Shown here piece by piece: positions 26,903 to 39,600 of a stretch of DNA of 64,000 bases. The notes beneath the pieces were generated by a model. That model did no database searches, was not told the DNA's origin, and saw nothing but the letters and a program-made list of their open reading frames with translations. Made by a program: the position numbers and the translations under genes. This stretch comes from Antedon mediterranea (lineage: Eukaryota > Animalia > Echinodermata), in assembly GCF_964355755.1 (NCBI RefSeq), contig NC_092678.1, positions 12,646,352 through 12,710,351 of the forward strand. Reading direction: 5' to 3'. Within the stretch, counting starts at the first letter, position 1; each line of letters starts with the position of its first letter.

Positions 26903-29900
26903 GGTGGAATACGATTCTTAGAGTTTGAAAAAAAAAATAGAATTTACTTTTAGCCCAGTTTTGTTAACCAACACTCAAGAGTATTCACACGAAAATCCAA
27001 ATTATTCATCAAACAACAAATTTATTTATCACCACATTATAAATAGTTTGTTTGATATATTATATTCTTTGGTTTTGGTTATAATAGAGAGGGCAGCATC
27101 ATAAGTTTACCGATCTTCATATTAAAACCAATCAAACGCAATTCAGCTTGATCCAATTTTGTGCTTATCAAAGTTATTCAGTTGCTTTAGACAGTTTTTA
27201 AAATCACATAAGCAAATATTTACTTATTTGTTTTAAATACCTTTTTAAAAATATATTTTATAATTTTTTTATTATTAAATCTTAGATGACGAAGTTTATT
27301 TTATAAGTCAAAAAGAATTGATTTGGAATAGGCCACGCCTAAACTTTAATAAGCACTTATAGGTATTGTTGACTAAGCAAACTTATTGATGCAAGCCATG
27401 ATCCCTATTTTAGTTAAAAAGGCCATTTTAAACTCAAACTCTGTCTACACTATAACACTTTATGTGACAAAAACAATGTGATATTAACATATACGGTATA
27501 TAGGCCTACAAAAGTGTTTATTTTAGTGTGTCATGGCATTCAAGCATAGCCTATATATTCTTTTTCTTTCGCATCTTTCTTCAAAATTATTAGAAAATAT
27601 TTTTATTTTCTTCTCATTTTAACACTATAGCTTTATAAAACTCCACAAAGTTGTTCATTACTCAATCTTTGGAAGTGTTAGAAATTAAATAGTGCAGCCT
27701 GTTTTGCTTTTAGTGTTGGAAAACGGAACTTTTAGAATGAAAATGTTGATCCGTCAACACATTTAATGATGTTTTATAGCGAATCCACACATAATTGCTA
27801 CATAATAATATGTTTGTTATAAGGAAGTAATCTATTTTGGTTTATAATATTCAAATGGTAAATTCGGTTGATCAGATCTTGCTCCAATGAGTTTATAAAA
27901 AAGGATTTGTAATAAACAACAAAGCGCGTATTGACATTTTATTTCAATCGCCATGAACTGCAGCTAACGTGTTTGTTTACATTTGAAGTAAATACAGCTC
28001 GTTTTCTGTCTCAATTGTGAGTATGCTACCTTCATTTTGTATTATATTGTCTATTATCTTTGTAATATCACTACCATATTTCTAGTTTGATAGTGTAGAC
28101 ATAGCTTATGGGCAATAATATCGTGACAATACAACGATGTTATGTTCTTGATCATGACGTCGTTTTATTTGATTTCAATAAATAATGGTTATAGTTCTAG
28201 AATGAAATCAATTTCGCTTGTTTTATTCATCAAGAAAATGTATGTTTATGTATTTGAGATCGTTACCATCCTATGCCTTACAGTATTTCAACATATGCTC
28301 ATCAGATGAACAGGGAATTACTTCAAACTAGTAACATATTCATAAGCAAATTAGTAAACTAGATGGTACGCTCGCTTCGCTCGCGTACCATCTAGGTCGT
28401 GCCCACACATGGTTCTCGAATACATAGTAATGTCAGCGTTAAAAAAATGGCGATTTCAAATGTACGTACGTACCGCAGGACAATGATACATGTCGTTTAC
28501 AGGAACGAATAAATAGACACAGTGATTTATGTAGTCAACTAAAATTAGAACCCTGGGAATTACTTCCGATATAGAAACTTGTCACAAAATGAGACCAATT
28601 GTTTGAGTCAAATTTAGACAAATATGACGGTGACAATTTCAACAAAGTATTACATCGCAATGTTTTACTGTGTTTAGTGGTTAATTATTAGTAAAACAAT
28701 TAATATTTCGTTACTAAATGGATATAGAATATATATAAAAATTGTTCTTCTTTGCACCCATCCTCTTCCCATCCCTCAACCCTAATGTTACATACAAATC
28801 ACAAATTAAGTTTTAGTCCAGTCAATCTGATGATATACCCACCACAAATTGCAATAGTAACAAAAGTATTTTTGAATTCCATATAAAGTGTAGAACGACA
28901 TACTAAAAGTCACCAAAAATCCAAGCATTGGGTCAAGGGGTCAGAGGTCAATAAAGGTCATTTTAAGTCAAAATTAATATGCCCCATTAATTACATATAT
29001 TTAACCATTTGAAATACATTATATACAAATGTGATTTATGTCATCCGAAAGCTTATTAAATTTCCTATTCAGTGATATCAAACTTATAGTCATAACATTT
29101 TATTTAGTATGTCATTTTTGCGGAAAAACACAACATAATGTGTCAATTTTGGCTAAAAATGTTGTTTTCGCTGTAAACAACAATGGTATACACACAGGGA
29201 TACCCTGGGGTGAACATTTCAGTCCAAAGCGATACACATGACCAGCTCAAGATGCAGATGAGTTCCTGTTCCTTTTGCTTCTGGATGATCTACATTCCAT
29301 TTTTTCCAGATGGCATTTGTGTTGCCATGGTTACAGTATTTATATTGGGATGTGTAAGTATTTTAACGATTTTTTAACCAGTAGAAATACAAAGATGTTC
29401 AACAGCAGTTTGACAATGACCTCCATGTTGTATGACGTTCGGACCATCTGGGCAGGATTGTCAACAGACCTGGTGATTGAAAAGGTTTTTATGAGAAGCC
29501 TCAAAGAAACCAGAGGTTTGACAAGAGATTTAGGAATGAGTACATCCAGACCAAATCTGCGCTGAATGTAATGCCTCGCAATAGTATCAGGGCGTTACTC
29601 CAGCAGCGGCCAACATAAGAACTTATGGCCACACGTCAGGAACACAATAGCAATTGAAAAATCCATTTGGTTACGACTCAGAGACTTCATACCATTGACA
29701 CGGGAGTTACTGCAGGTGACTCGGAATATTGGCGATGTGGTATTAAGCATTGAATATTTTGGACGGATGTTAGGCCAGAAAGTCTTGCAATGTATTCAAG
29801 ATCCTGGCAATAAAGTACATACAGGCAAATATGTGTGCATCGATCCTACAGTTCCAGAGGAGACTCGAGGTGACAACAAGGAAGTTTTTGAACATGAACT

Positions 29901-31059
29901 TATCCACCAGCACTTTTTGAAACAACCAACTTACAATACTTTCAGCTAATAAACCAACATGATGCAATGTGGAAACAATGAATAGTCTAACACATCCAAC
30001 TCACTGAATCATGTCCAGTAGGCCTACATTCTAGATCGTAGTGCTCTATTGCACAGCATTCCATGGAATATTGTAGAGACTTATGATGCGATCTGTAAAA
30101 AATATTGCTCTGCCATCAGTCTTTGATGATTATGAAAGCGGCTCATCCACCAAAGACGGCGCACATGGTAAGGCGGGTCAGGTGGTAGTATCCCTGTACA
30201 TTTTACCAGTGACATGTTCCACAAAATAGGATCACTTTCTGTAACAAACAACAATTTATAAATCTTCGTAATTAGTATTTGAACAAAATGGCAATGAGTG
30301 AATGCAGCTGCTGATGCAGATTTCGGATAGTACAAAAAACCATTGAATCAGCAAACAGGAAAACATCTGTCATTATCCGATGACACGGATCTTATCTAGT
30401 GCTACTCTCTGCAGTCAAGCATTTAAAACATCTTGTGATATTCTTTAGACTGGAACTGAGATGCTGGACTATCAAACTGGTTCAAACAGTACTTTTGAGA
30501 GACATCTGTGATAACCTTCTGTTTGCTCCTGCGATACTGGTGACAAAACATCCAGAGTTCGGAATTGGAAAACAAGTGGCTCTAAAAAAAGCTTGTCATT
30601 GCACTTATTTATGACATTATGCTGTAGTCTTCAGATGCAAACAAGCTACAAAGGATGACATTGTGGTTGCTAGAGAAAATGATTTAGTATGTCTGTACAA
30701 GGGACGACCTGGACAACGTGGAATGCCTTTGACTCCATCCCATCTACAAGTACAACTTCGCATATATAACTTCATAATCGTACCACAACCAAGGTACAAA
30801 ACATCATGTTCAAGTTAAAGTTCAAGTTATCTTTTAGCAATGGAGTGGGGTTGATATGTGTACCGAGGATTGAAGATGGAAGATCAGATGATGGAAACAT
30901 GGTTCCTCTACACACAGACTTAAAGCCAGCACCTGAGTATCTCCTTGAAGCCTTCAGGGGTAACTATAACTACATGTGGTGAATGCAACGGCATTGCACT
31001 GTACTGATACCCGAACAAGAAAGTGATACTGATGACATAGTTGTGAGTCCTTTTCTATT

Positions 31060-31878
31060 TGGAGGATTAAACAATATCATCCCACACGGGGCAATTCAAA
31101 TAAAAAGGTCTGGATTAAAATGATCTTACAAGATATACAAAAATATCACAATACACAGTACAATATAACAAGAGTCAAAGTTCAAGAATTTAAGAGTCGG
31201 GTGGCAACTGGCAAAAAAGAATTTCTTTTACGGTGTGTTCTACATGCCGGGCATCGAAAGCGACGCCCATGAGGCATGAGCTCGAAATCACTGAACAAGG
31301 CATGGTTAACATTTTTTAGAATAGCTCTACTGCATCTCACAGAAGGAAGATACGCTATGAAGTTGAGAACCTATTAATTTAGAACTTAAATTAACAATTC
31401 TTTGTAGTGAGTTTCTCTCCTTGACCCTAAGACTAAAAAAACAGCATATAAAGTAAAGCAGTTAAAACGTTCTCAATAAAGGAATTATAAAAACCCTGAG
31501 AATTACTTCGACATTAAAATGGTTCAGCTTCCTTAACAGATAAAGTCTTTGACTTTGCCCTTTCTTTACTATTGCCTCTGTATTTAATTCCCAGCTGAGA
31601 TTGTCCTAGATATTTAAAGGAATGGACAATTTTGCTGGTTCGTCATTTATGAGGGATACCAGAGGGCTGCGTCCTTTCTCCTTCCTAAAATCTACAATCA
31701 TCTCCTTGGTTTTGGTCACATTGAGTTCTATCTAATGCGGAACCATGACCGTCCTGTGAATTTTTAAGGAGAGACAGCAAGACAGTGCCGTCAGCAAATT
31801 TAACAAGATGACTATTGTCCTGTTTGCTGCGACAGTCATCCGTGTATATAATATACAGGAGAGGAGAAAGGACGTTCG
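31060..31878 (-). mobile_element. Rex1/Babar-like LINE RT fragment nested in Academ 2
   Basis: VLSPLLYIIYTDDCRS...LVKFADGT; QRLYLLRKL; FELMPHGRRFRCPACRTHRKRNSFLPVATRLLN. Confidence 0.8.
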
Positions 31879-32032
31879 TTGATACTAAAATCATAAAAAA
31901 TCTATCTATAGTAAATCATGAGTTGATTCCAAATTATCAAGACTCATTAATTAATCAGCAATAGTACATACCGCTAATGAATTTCAATGTTCTTCTAGCT
32001 AGCATCATTTTTCCTATTTCATGACGATACAA

Positions 32033-34089
32033 TAGGTACAGGAAAAACATTATTTGCACCAAATACTTCCAATATATAAATAAACATAATTTAGGTTTAC
32101 GCTATTTTAAGAAAATTTTCGTAAAAGGTCACTGACCTCTATAGTTACATAACAACTGTTGTATCAATTAGTTTTTAGAGTAAGAAATACATATTATACA
32201 CATTTGTAGTTATTTAGATGTTATTGGCAGGCATAAATGTTACCTCTAAACACAAGTTTCATCAAATGCATCGGCAATTATGGAATAAGACATTGCAGTT
32301 AATAATTTTGTTAGGAAAAATTTGAGTTTTTGTAAAAGGTCAATGACCTTTTGACCTCTAGTTACGTATAACTGTTGTATTAATTGTTTTTTAATGTATA
32401 TTAGTAGGATATATATACTATACACATTGGTACTAAAGCTATTTAGATATGATTATAAAACAATGGATTATAGGCATAAACGCTACCCCCTACCACAAAA
32501 TTGTTTACATTACATTTGATCAAGAATCAATTTTAATAAGAATAGTACATCATTACTTTTAAAATTCTTCTAGTTAACATCATGTTTCCTATTTTATATA
32601 TCGATAGGTACACAAAAAATACAATTTTGATTAAATGCATCCACAATTATGGCATTACAGTTAATCATTTTTTTATGGAAAAAAATGAGTTTTTGTAAAA
32701 GGTCAATAACCTTTTGACCTCTAGTTATATAAATAGATGTTGTATTTTGTTTTTTTAAATTGCATATTAGAAAGAAATATATATTCTACACATTGATATC
32801 AAGATTATTGAGATTGGATTATAAAACCACAAGTTATGGGCATAAATGTTACCCCCTACCCCAAAAATATTTACGGAATAAAATCGCTATATAGTTGTTG
32901 AGATTACGTAAAAAAAAATGTGTTCAAATGCTTCAATTTTCGGTGACTTTTAATATGTCATTCTAAAGTACATTTGGAATGAAAAAATCAATGTTTCGTT
33001 ACTATTGCAATTTGTGGTGGGTTTACCTCTAAATATCACTAGATTGACTGGACTATAGGTACAGGAAAAACATTATTTGCACCAAATACTTCCAATATAT
33101 AAATAAACATAATTTAGGTTTACGCTATTTTAAGAAAATTTTCGTAAAAGGTGACTGACCTCTATAGTTACATAACAACTGTTGTATCAATTAGTTTTTA
33201 GAGTAAGAAATACATATTATACACATTTGTAGTTATTTAGATGTTATTGGCAGGCATAAATGTTACCTCTAAACACAAGTTTCATCAAATGCATCGGCAA
33301 TTATGGAATAAGACATTGCAGTTAATAATTTTGTTAGGAAAAATTTGAGTTTTTGTAAAAGGTCAATGACCTTTTGACCTCTAGTTACGTATAACTGTTG
33401 TATTAATTGTTTTTTTAATGTATATTAGTAGGATATATATACTATACACATTGGTACTAAAGCTATTTAGATATGATTATAAAACAATGGATTATAGGCA
33501 TAAACGCTACCCCCTACCACAAAATTGTTTACATTACATTTGATCAAGAATCAATTTTAATAAGAATAGTACATCATTACTTTTAAAATTCTTCTAGTTA
33601 ACATCATGTTTCCTATTTTATATATCGATAGGTACAGAAAAAACACAATTTTGATTAAATGCATCCACAATTATGGCATTACAGTTAATCATTTTTTTAT
33701 GGAAAAAAAGAGTTTTTGTAAAAGGTCAATAACCTTTTGACCTCTAGTTATATAAATAGGTGTTGTATTTTGTTTTTTTAAATTGCATATTAGAAAGAAA
33801 TATATATTCTACACTATTCTACATTGATATCAAGATTAGTATTGAGATTGGATTATAAAACCACAAGTTATGGGCATAAATGTTACCCCCTACCCCAAAA
33901 ATATTTACGGAATAAAATCGCTATATAGTTGTTGAGATTACGTAAAAAAAAATGTGTTCCAATGCTTCAATTTTCGGTGACTTTTAATATGTCATTCTAA
34001 AGTACATTTGGAATGAAAAAATCAATGTTTCGTTACTATTGCAATTTGTGGTGGGTTTACCTCTAAATATCACTAGATTGACTGGACTA
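32033..34089 (+). repeat. ~1.03-kb tandem duplication of the Academ 2 right end
   Basis: Units 32033-33055 and 33056-34089 are nearly identical and each ends exactly at the TIR terminus GGACTA. Confidence 0.92.
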
Positions 34090-34699
34090 ATAGTCGATTG
34101 AAATAGTACAGTACATGTAACGATACATCACTAGGACGTTTATATTTTTGTTTGTAATTATAGTATTAATTAATACAAACGTTAAGAAGCAACTGTCAGT
34201 AATAACGTTTATTTGTATATGTTTATATAATGTAAAACAATTTGTGAAAACTACCTCTATTCGGGGCAAATCAATGCGAAGCATCCTGGTATTATTGTGT
34301 GCGGGTATGTTTCAAGATGGACATCCATTAGACGGTGTATACTACGATCGGAAAACACCCCTATTTGGGGCAAATCGTTGAACCTCAATTCGTTTTAATT
34401 TTCAATAACTAATTATCTAACTCAATTTAATTAGTAAACAGGGTTACATCAGGTGGTTAAAATCAGTACCGAAAGTACGAATCAACTTTACATACCATCG
34501 AGTAAACATTCTAGAAATAACGCGCGATTTACCGACTTTTGTCCTTACGTAAATTTATATTTAGATTATGACCTTATTGAAGTTTTACAATAGCCAATGC
34601 AAATACAATGTTTGATATGTCAAACGTGGTAGCCGGCGTCGTCATCCTGCCTAGTGATGAAAAGTTTTACCACCAGTAAGCCTACTACAAACAAGGCCA

Positions 34700-34908
34700 A
34701 CATCCATAAGTCGCGTGCTCTCAGAAAAAAATGAACTTTCAAAAAGTAATGTACTTTAAAACTTTTCTGTACATCAAAACAGTTCAAAAAGAACAGAAAA
34801 GCGATAAAACGCATAGTGATACCGGACCGACAGAAAGACCGACAGACCGACAGACCGACCGACCGACCAACATAGTGAACTATTGAGTCGCGTCCACGCG
34901 ACTAAAAA
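34700..34908 (-). mobile_element. Helentron-associated (HINE/DINE-like) short element
   Basis: Hairpin AGTCGCGTCCACGCGACT, (GACC/GACA)n microsatellite, second AGTCGCGT copy at ~34709. Confidence 0.5.
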
Positions 34909-35102
34909 CAACATGATACAATGACAAGTTAATAAAACCATACATTTTGTCACTTGAGTATCATTCTCGACGCTACACAGGACAAGCGAACACAAGTTTA
35001 AGGCAGTTATTATTACTAGTAAACAATGACAGTACAATGATTATATTTTGCTACTTTCATGTCGGTTTAAATTCAAGATATGCAAATTCTAGTAGTACCA
35101 AC

Positions 35103-35300
35103 ATGACTTATTCAACAATGTGTTTGTTATTGTATGTTCTATAATAATGTTAACGAAATGTTCAACATCTGCCCACAATCTACTTCATCAATTTAAAGTC
35201 AGCCAAAATAATAAAAATGTGCACTGTATCACATCAAAATCCATGATAAAACAAGAGACTTCTACATTGTATAATCTACACTGTTATTCACTGTTAGGTA
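35103..35300 (+). pseudogene. Degenerate 5' relic of a signal-peptide/Sema exon (copy B0)
   Basis: caacATGacttattca...gtatgttctataataatgttaacgaaatgttcaacatctg...ctgtatcacatcaaaatccat aligns by eye to the start of copy B2 (37649) and to the LYHxKIH motif; frameshifted. Confidence 0.65.
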
Positions 35301-35555
35301 TCTGTACTTCATTGACGAAATAAATAAAATGATAGCCTATAGGCCTACTGTTACGTATAAACTTACAGCAACAATTTGGTCATATTGTGCCATACTCTTC
35401 GGACTCGACTATATCAAAAAACGAACAGGCTTTTTAATAATATAACATGATTAGCACAATAGCTAAAATAGGCATAACGATTAATTGTACTTTTTCTCAT
35501 ATTCTGTATTTTACAGTACCGGTAAGGTAATGATGCTCTTTCATCTTTAATAATA

Positions 35556-36605
35556 ATGAGTTTGTCAAAAATGTTAAAGATTTTTGCATTTTTGCTATAT
35601 TCTTCAACATTTCTGTTAAGCACCCAAGCATATGACAATGATGTGTTACTTGAATTTAAATCATATGAAAATGAAGATCTGTACCATGTCAAAATCCATA
35701 GTACAACAAGAGATATCTACATAGGAGCTTACAACTCATTGTACATACTGTCAGAGGATTTTACTATTATTTATAGTATTTCAACATGTTCATCAGGTGA
35801 TTGCAATAATATTAATAAAATATTAGAAATTGATTATGACCATGAACGATTGATCACGTGCGGAGGAGGAAACAACGGAAGATGTGAAGGAAGATCTCTT
35901 GTGGATTTGACTTTAGATGGAAGTAATGTTGAAGATGGAATAGTGAGTGAACTGTCAGCAGTTGGAATCATTGCACCTGGTGTGTTGGGTGATGGTACAA
36001 ATGATAGAGATGATGTTATTAAAAGAAATGTTTTATACGTGTCTTCAGGACATACGTTATTGGATCCAGTTGAGTATTCCTATATGTATATTATTGCTAG
36101 AAGAAGTATTGACACTGAACAGCTATTTGGACTTTATAGCTCTTATGTCAATGCCATCAGACCGTCTTACAATAAACCCATACATTTTAAAACAACATTC
36201 TATTATGAAGGATATACTTACTTCGCTGCATTTAGACCCAATGATATTGATTACTTTCATTCTCGACTGAGTCGTATTTGTCAAGACAACTCATTTGATA
36301 CATTTTCTGATATCTACATTCGTTGTGTTGTTAATAATGTTGATTACAACTTGGTACAAGCCATGTCTGTGGGTCCTGCAGCAGCTGATTTAGCTACCTC
36401 ACTAGGCCTACAAGCTGGAGATAATGTTCTGTATGGAGTGTTTGCTAAAGATGATGGAAGTGGAGTTGCAACTGGACAATCTGCAATGTGTATTTACAAG
36501 TGGAATGATATTGAAGATGCTTTTTTCAAAGCTTTAAATGGATGTCTTAACGTTGAAAATGATGTCCATACTTTAGACTATGCTTATGATGCAGATTGTT
36601 CACAA
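35556..36605 (+). CDS. Gene B exon 1 (intact Sema exon, copy B1)
   Basis: 350 codons with signal peptide; donor CAA|GTAAGC, phase 0, compatible with exon 2 at 46242. Confidence 0.9.
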
Positions 36606-39600
36606 GTAAGCATGATATTCTTTTTGCCTTTATATATAATTATATAATTGGTCATTAGCCAGTAGATATGTGCATTATAATACTTCTGTTCCACAAGATC
36701 AGTTAATTCTGGTTAGGTTTCCAACCAGTGTGTTAATTGGTAATAAGAACATTTATTTATTGCATGTCAAATACCTGACTTCTGCATCAACATTACCTGT
36801 TTTTCTGTAATTATAAATTAACTATGAATATAATCGTATGAAGTTGCTATATTGAACGGTACCTTTAAAACCTAAATGTTACATTTTAGAACTGTTCAAA
36901 TAGCAAAACAAACAAATTATTTAGGCCTGTTTTAAAAAAAATCAACAATTAGTCATGTAAATTTTATAATAGAGCCAAAATATTTTTTTTTCATATTTCA
37001 TACAACACAACAAAGTGTAATACCTAAAGAAACTTATTTTTATATAAAGACAACAAATCAATATTTTTTTAAAACTTTACAAACCAATAATTTTTGAATA
37101 AAACCAAAATATTGCCCCAATGAAAACACAAACAAAAACATATTTAGTATCATCAAATGTGATGTAGGCGATCAACATTTGTGATATCAGCTTTGGTTTA
37201 GATCAACACGACACTGTCCTCAGTTTGTAAATTCATACACTAGAAAGCGTTGTTGATTTAACGAACGTCTTCAGCACTAAAGAGGCTCAACGAACGAATT
37301 TTAAGTTGTTCAATTCATCAGAAATTAAATTGAGTAAAGAAAACAAAACAACAAACATTTTATTGTTATTCTTATTTGACCAATATTTATTTTGGCTTCC
37401 ATTTTATACAAAATGAAAATACTAATATTGATTTGGTGGCGTTTGGAATGCAAAAAGCACTATTGTCAATACAGCTTACGTGAATTGATATTATTTCAAA
37501 GTTCATAATAACACAAGATGTACGACTGTGGTATAGAGGACATATCAGCGGTAGTTATTTCCGTGTAAAATACAAAGGTGAGTTGGTTGCTTGCATTTAG
37601 AGTCTGTCTAATTTCAGAGACCGTCAATTTTAGTATTCGAGGTTCAACATGACTTGTTCAAGAATATTAATTGTGTTTCTCGTATGTTCTGTAATATTTC
37701 TGACAAAATGTCAACAATCTGTCGACCATGTACTTCTTCAATTTATATCATATAAAAATGAAGATTTGTATCACATAAAAATACAGGAGATATCTATATA
37801 GGAGCTTTCAACTCACTGTACAGACTGTCAGAGGATTTTACTATTATTTATAGTATTTCATGTTCATCAGGTGATAATATTAATAAAATATTAGAAATTG
37901 ATTATGACCATGAACGATTGATCACGTGTGGAGGAGGAAACAACGGAAGATGTGAAGGAAGATCTCTTGTAGATTTAAATTTAGATGGAAGTGATATATA
38001 TGATGGAATAGTTAGTGAACTGTCAGCAGTTGAAATCATTGCACTTGGTGTGTTGGGTGATGGTACTAGAGATAAAGATGATGTTATTAAAAGAAATGTT
38101 TTATACGTGTCATCTGGACATACGTCATTAGAATATTCTTACATGTATGTCAATGCTAGAAGACGTCTTGATACTGATGTACTATTTGGACTCATCAACC
38201 CTGCTTCCAATGCTATCACACCATCTTACAATAAACCTATACAATTTCAAACCGCACTTGATTATGAAGGATATACTTACTTTGTTGCATTTAGACCCGA
38301 TGATACTGATTACTTTCATTCGCGACTGTGTCGTGTTTGTAAAGAAAATTCACTTCATTCATTTTCTGAGATCTACATTCGTTGTGTTGTAAATAATGTT
38401 GATTACAACTTGGTACAAGACATGTCTGTGGGTCCTGCAGGAGCTGAGTTGGCTACCTTACTAGGTTTACAAGCTGGGGATAATGTCTTGTATGGAGTGT
38501 TTTCTAAAGGTGATGGAAGTGGAGTTGCAACTGGACAATCTGCATTGTGTATTTACAAGTGGAATGATATGGAAGATGCTTTTTTTAAAGCTTTAAATGG
38601 ATGTCTTAACGTTGATAATGATGTCCATACTTTAGACTATGCTGATGATGCAGATTGTCCACAACTACCGGTATTCATTATGTTATTTTTGTCTTCATAT
38701 TAATTTGTTATTTATTTAGGCACATGTGGCCAAAGATTAGCAATAGTAAATTAATCACTGTCCTATCAGGTAGGTGATACTCCCCCTGAATAGGGCCTGT
38801 TTTGTGAACCAGTTCACCGAGTAATGGAATAGGTTCTGTTACGTGTGACGAGAGTCAGGTGTCACATGTCATATGCAAATGAATCAAGTCGCCGGTGGTC
38901 AAGTGGACGAATCAGAATGGAGCATGGTGGGGCGCGGTATTTTGGAAAGCTGTGCTGGGTGTGTGATACAAGGAAGGGAGTGACTCAGGAGACAGGGCCA
39001 GCTAAGGACGCTTGCGGTTAGAACTGTGCTTGAGACTGGAAGCAAGGCAGGACGATAAGAATGGGGAGGTTGTGATGTGTACAGATGGCCAGGCAAACCA
39101 ACCACTTGGTATCATACGTATCTATAATTGTGTTGTCATGTATTTTGTGCTTTGTGAAAGGAAATAAATGGAGCTCGTGCTCTTTGCATAATACTCTGAG
39201 TGTCGACTATTGTTTGTTCCAAGCCTCGTTGTTGCTATTTATTTAGGTATTTCGGCCTAGGCCAAAAGTGGTCGTAACAGAAATTGGGGGCTCGTCCGGG
39301 AGCACCGGAGTTATCAGACTCACTCGGGGTTTGGAACAAACAATCACTGCTACACTATTGTAATTTTTTCTTAACCATTTGTTTATAATGGAGTTTGAGG
39401 CTGAAAAATACCTTGCAGAGTGTGTTTCCTGGGAAAAATTTAATACGTTAAAAAAGCCAGATTTGTTGGCGTTGGGAAGGTATTTTGATCTGCATTTAAA
39501 ACAGTCTACGAGAAAACAAGTTGTTAAAAATAAATTAATTGAAACCCTTGTAAGAGAAGAATACTTAGAAGAATCATGTTTAAAGGAAGTGATTGTGGTT

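Larger units (their letters stand above)
28814..34089 (+). mobile_element. Degenerate Academ-like DNA transposon 2
   Basis: ~115-130-bp TIRs TAGTCCAGTCAATCT.. / ..AGATTGACTGGACTA; 3-bp TSD signatures; relics WAGLSTDLVIEKVFMRSLKETRGLTR, FEHEL.PPALFE, ILDRSALLHSIPW, DDTDL, FGIGK, TDLKPAPEYLLE, CGECNG. Confidence 0.75.
28359..34565 (-). mobile_element. Helitron copy 3, split by Academ 2 and carrying an internal inversion (28623-28813)
   Basis: Hairpin-CTAG end at 28359, other end at 34565; sequence resumes at 34090. Confidence 0.8.
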
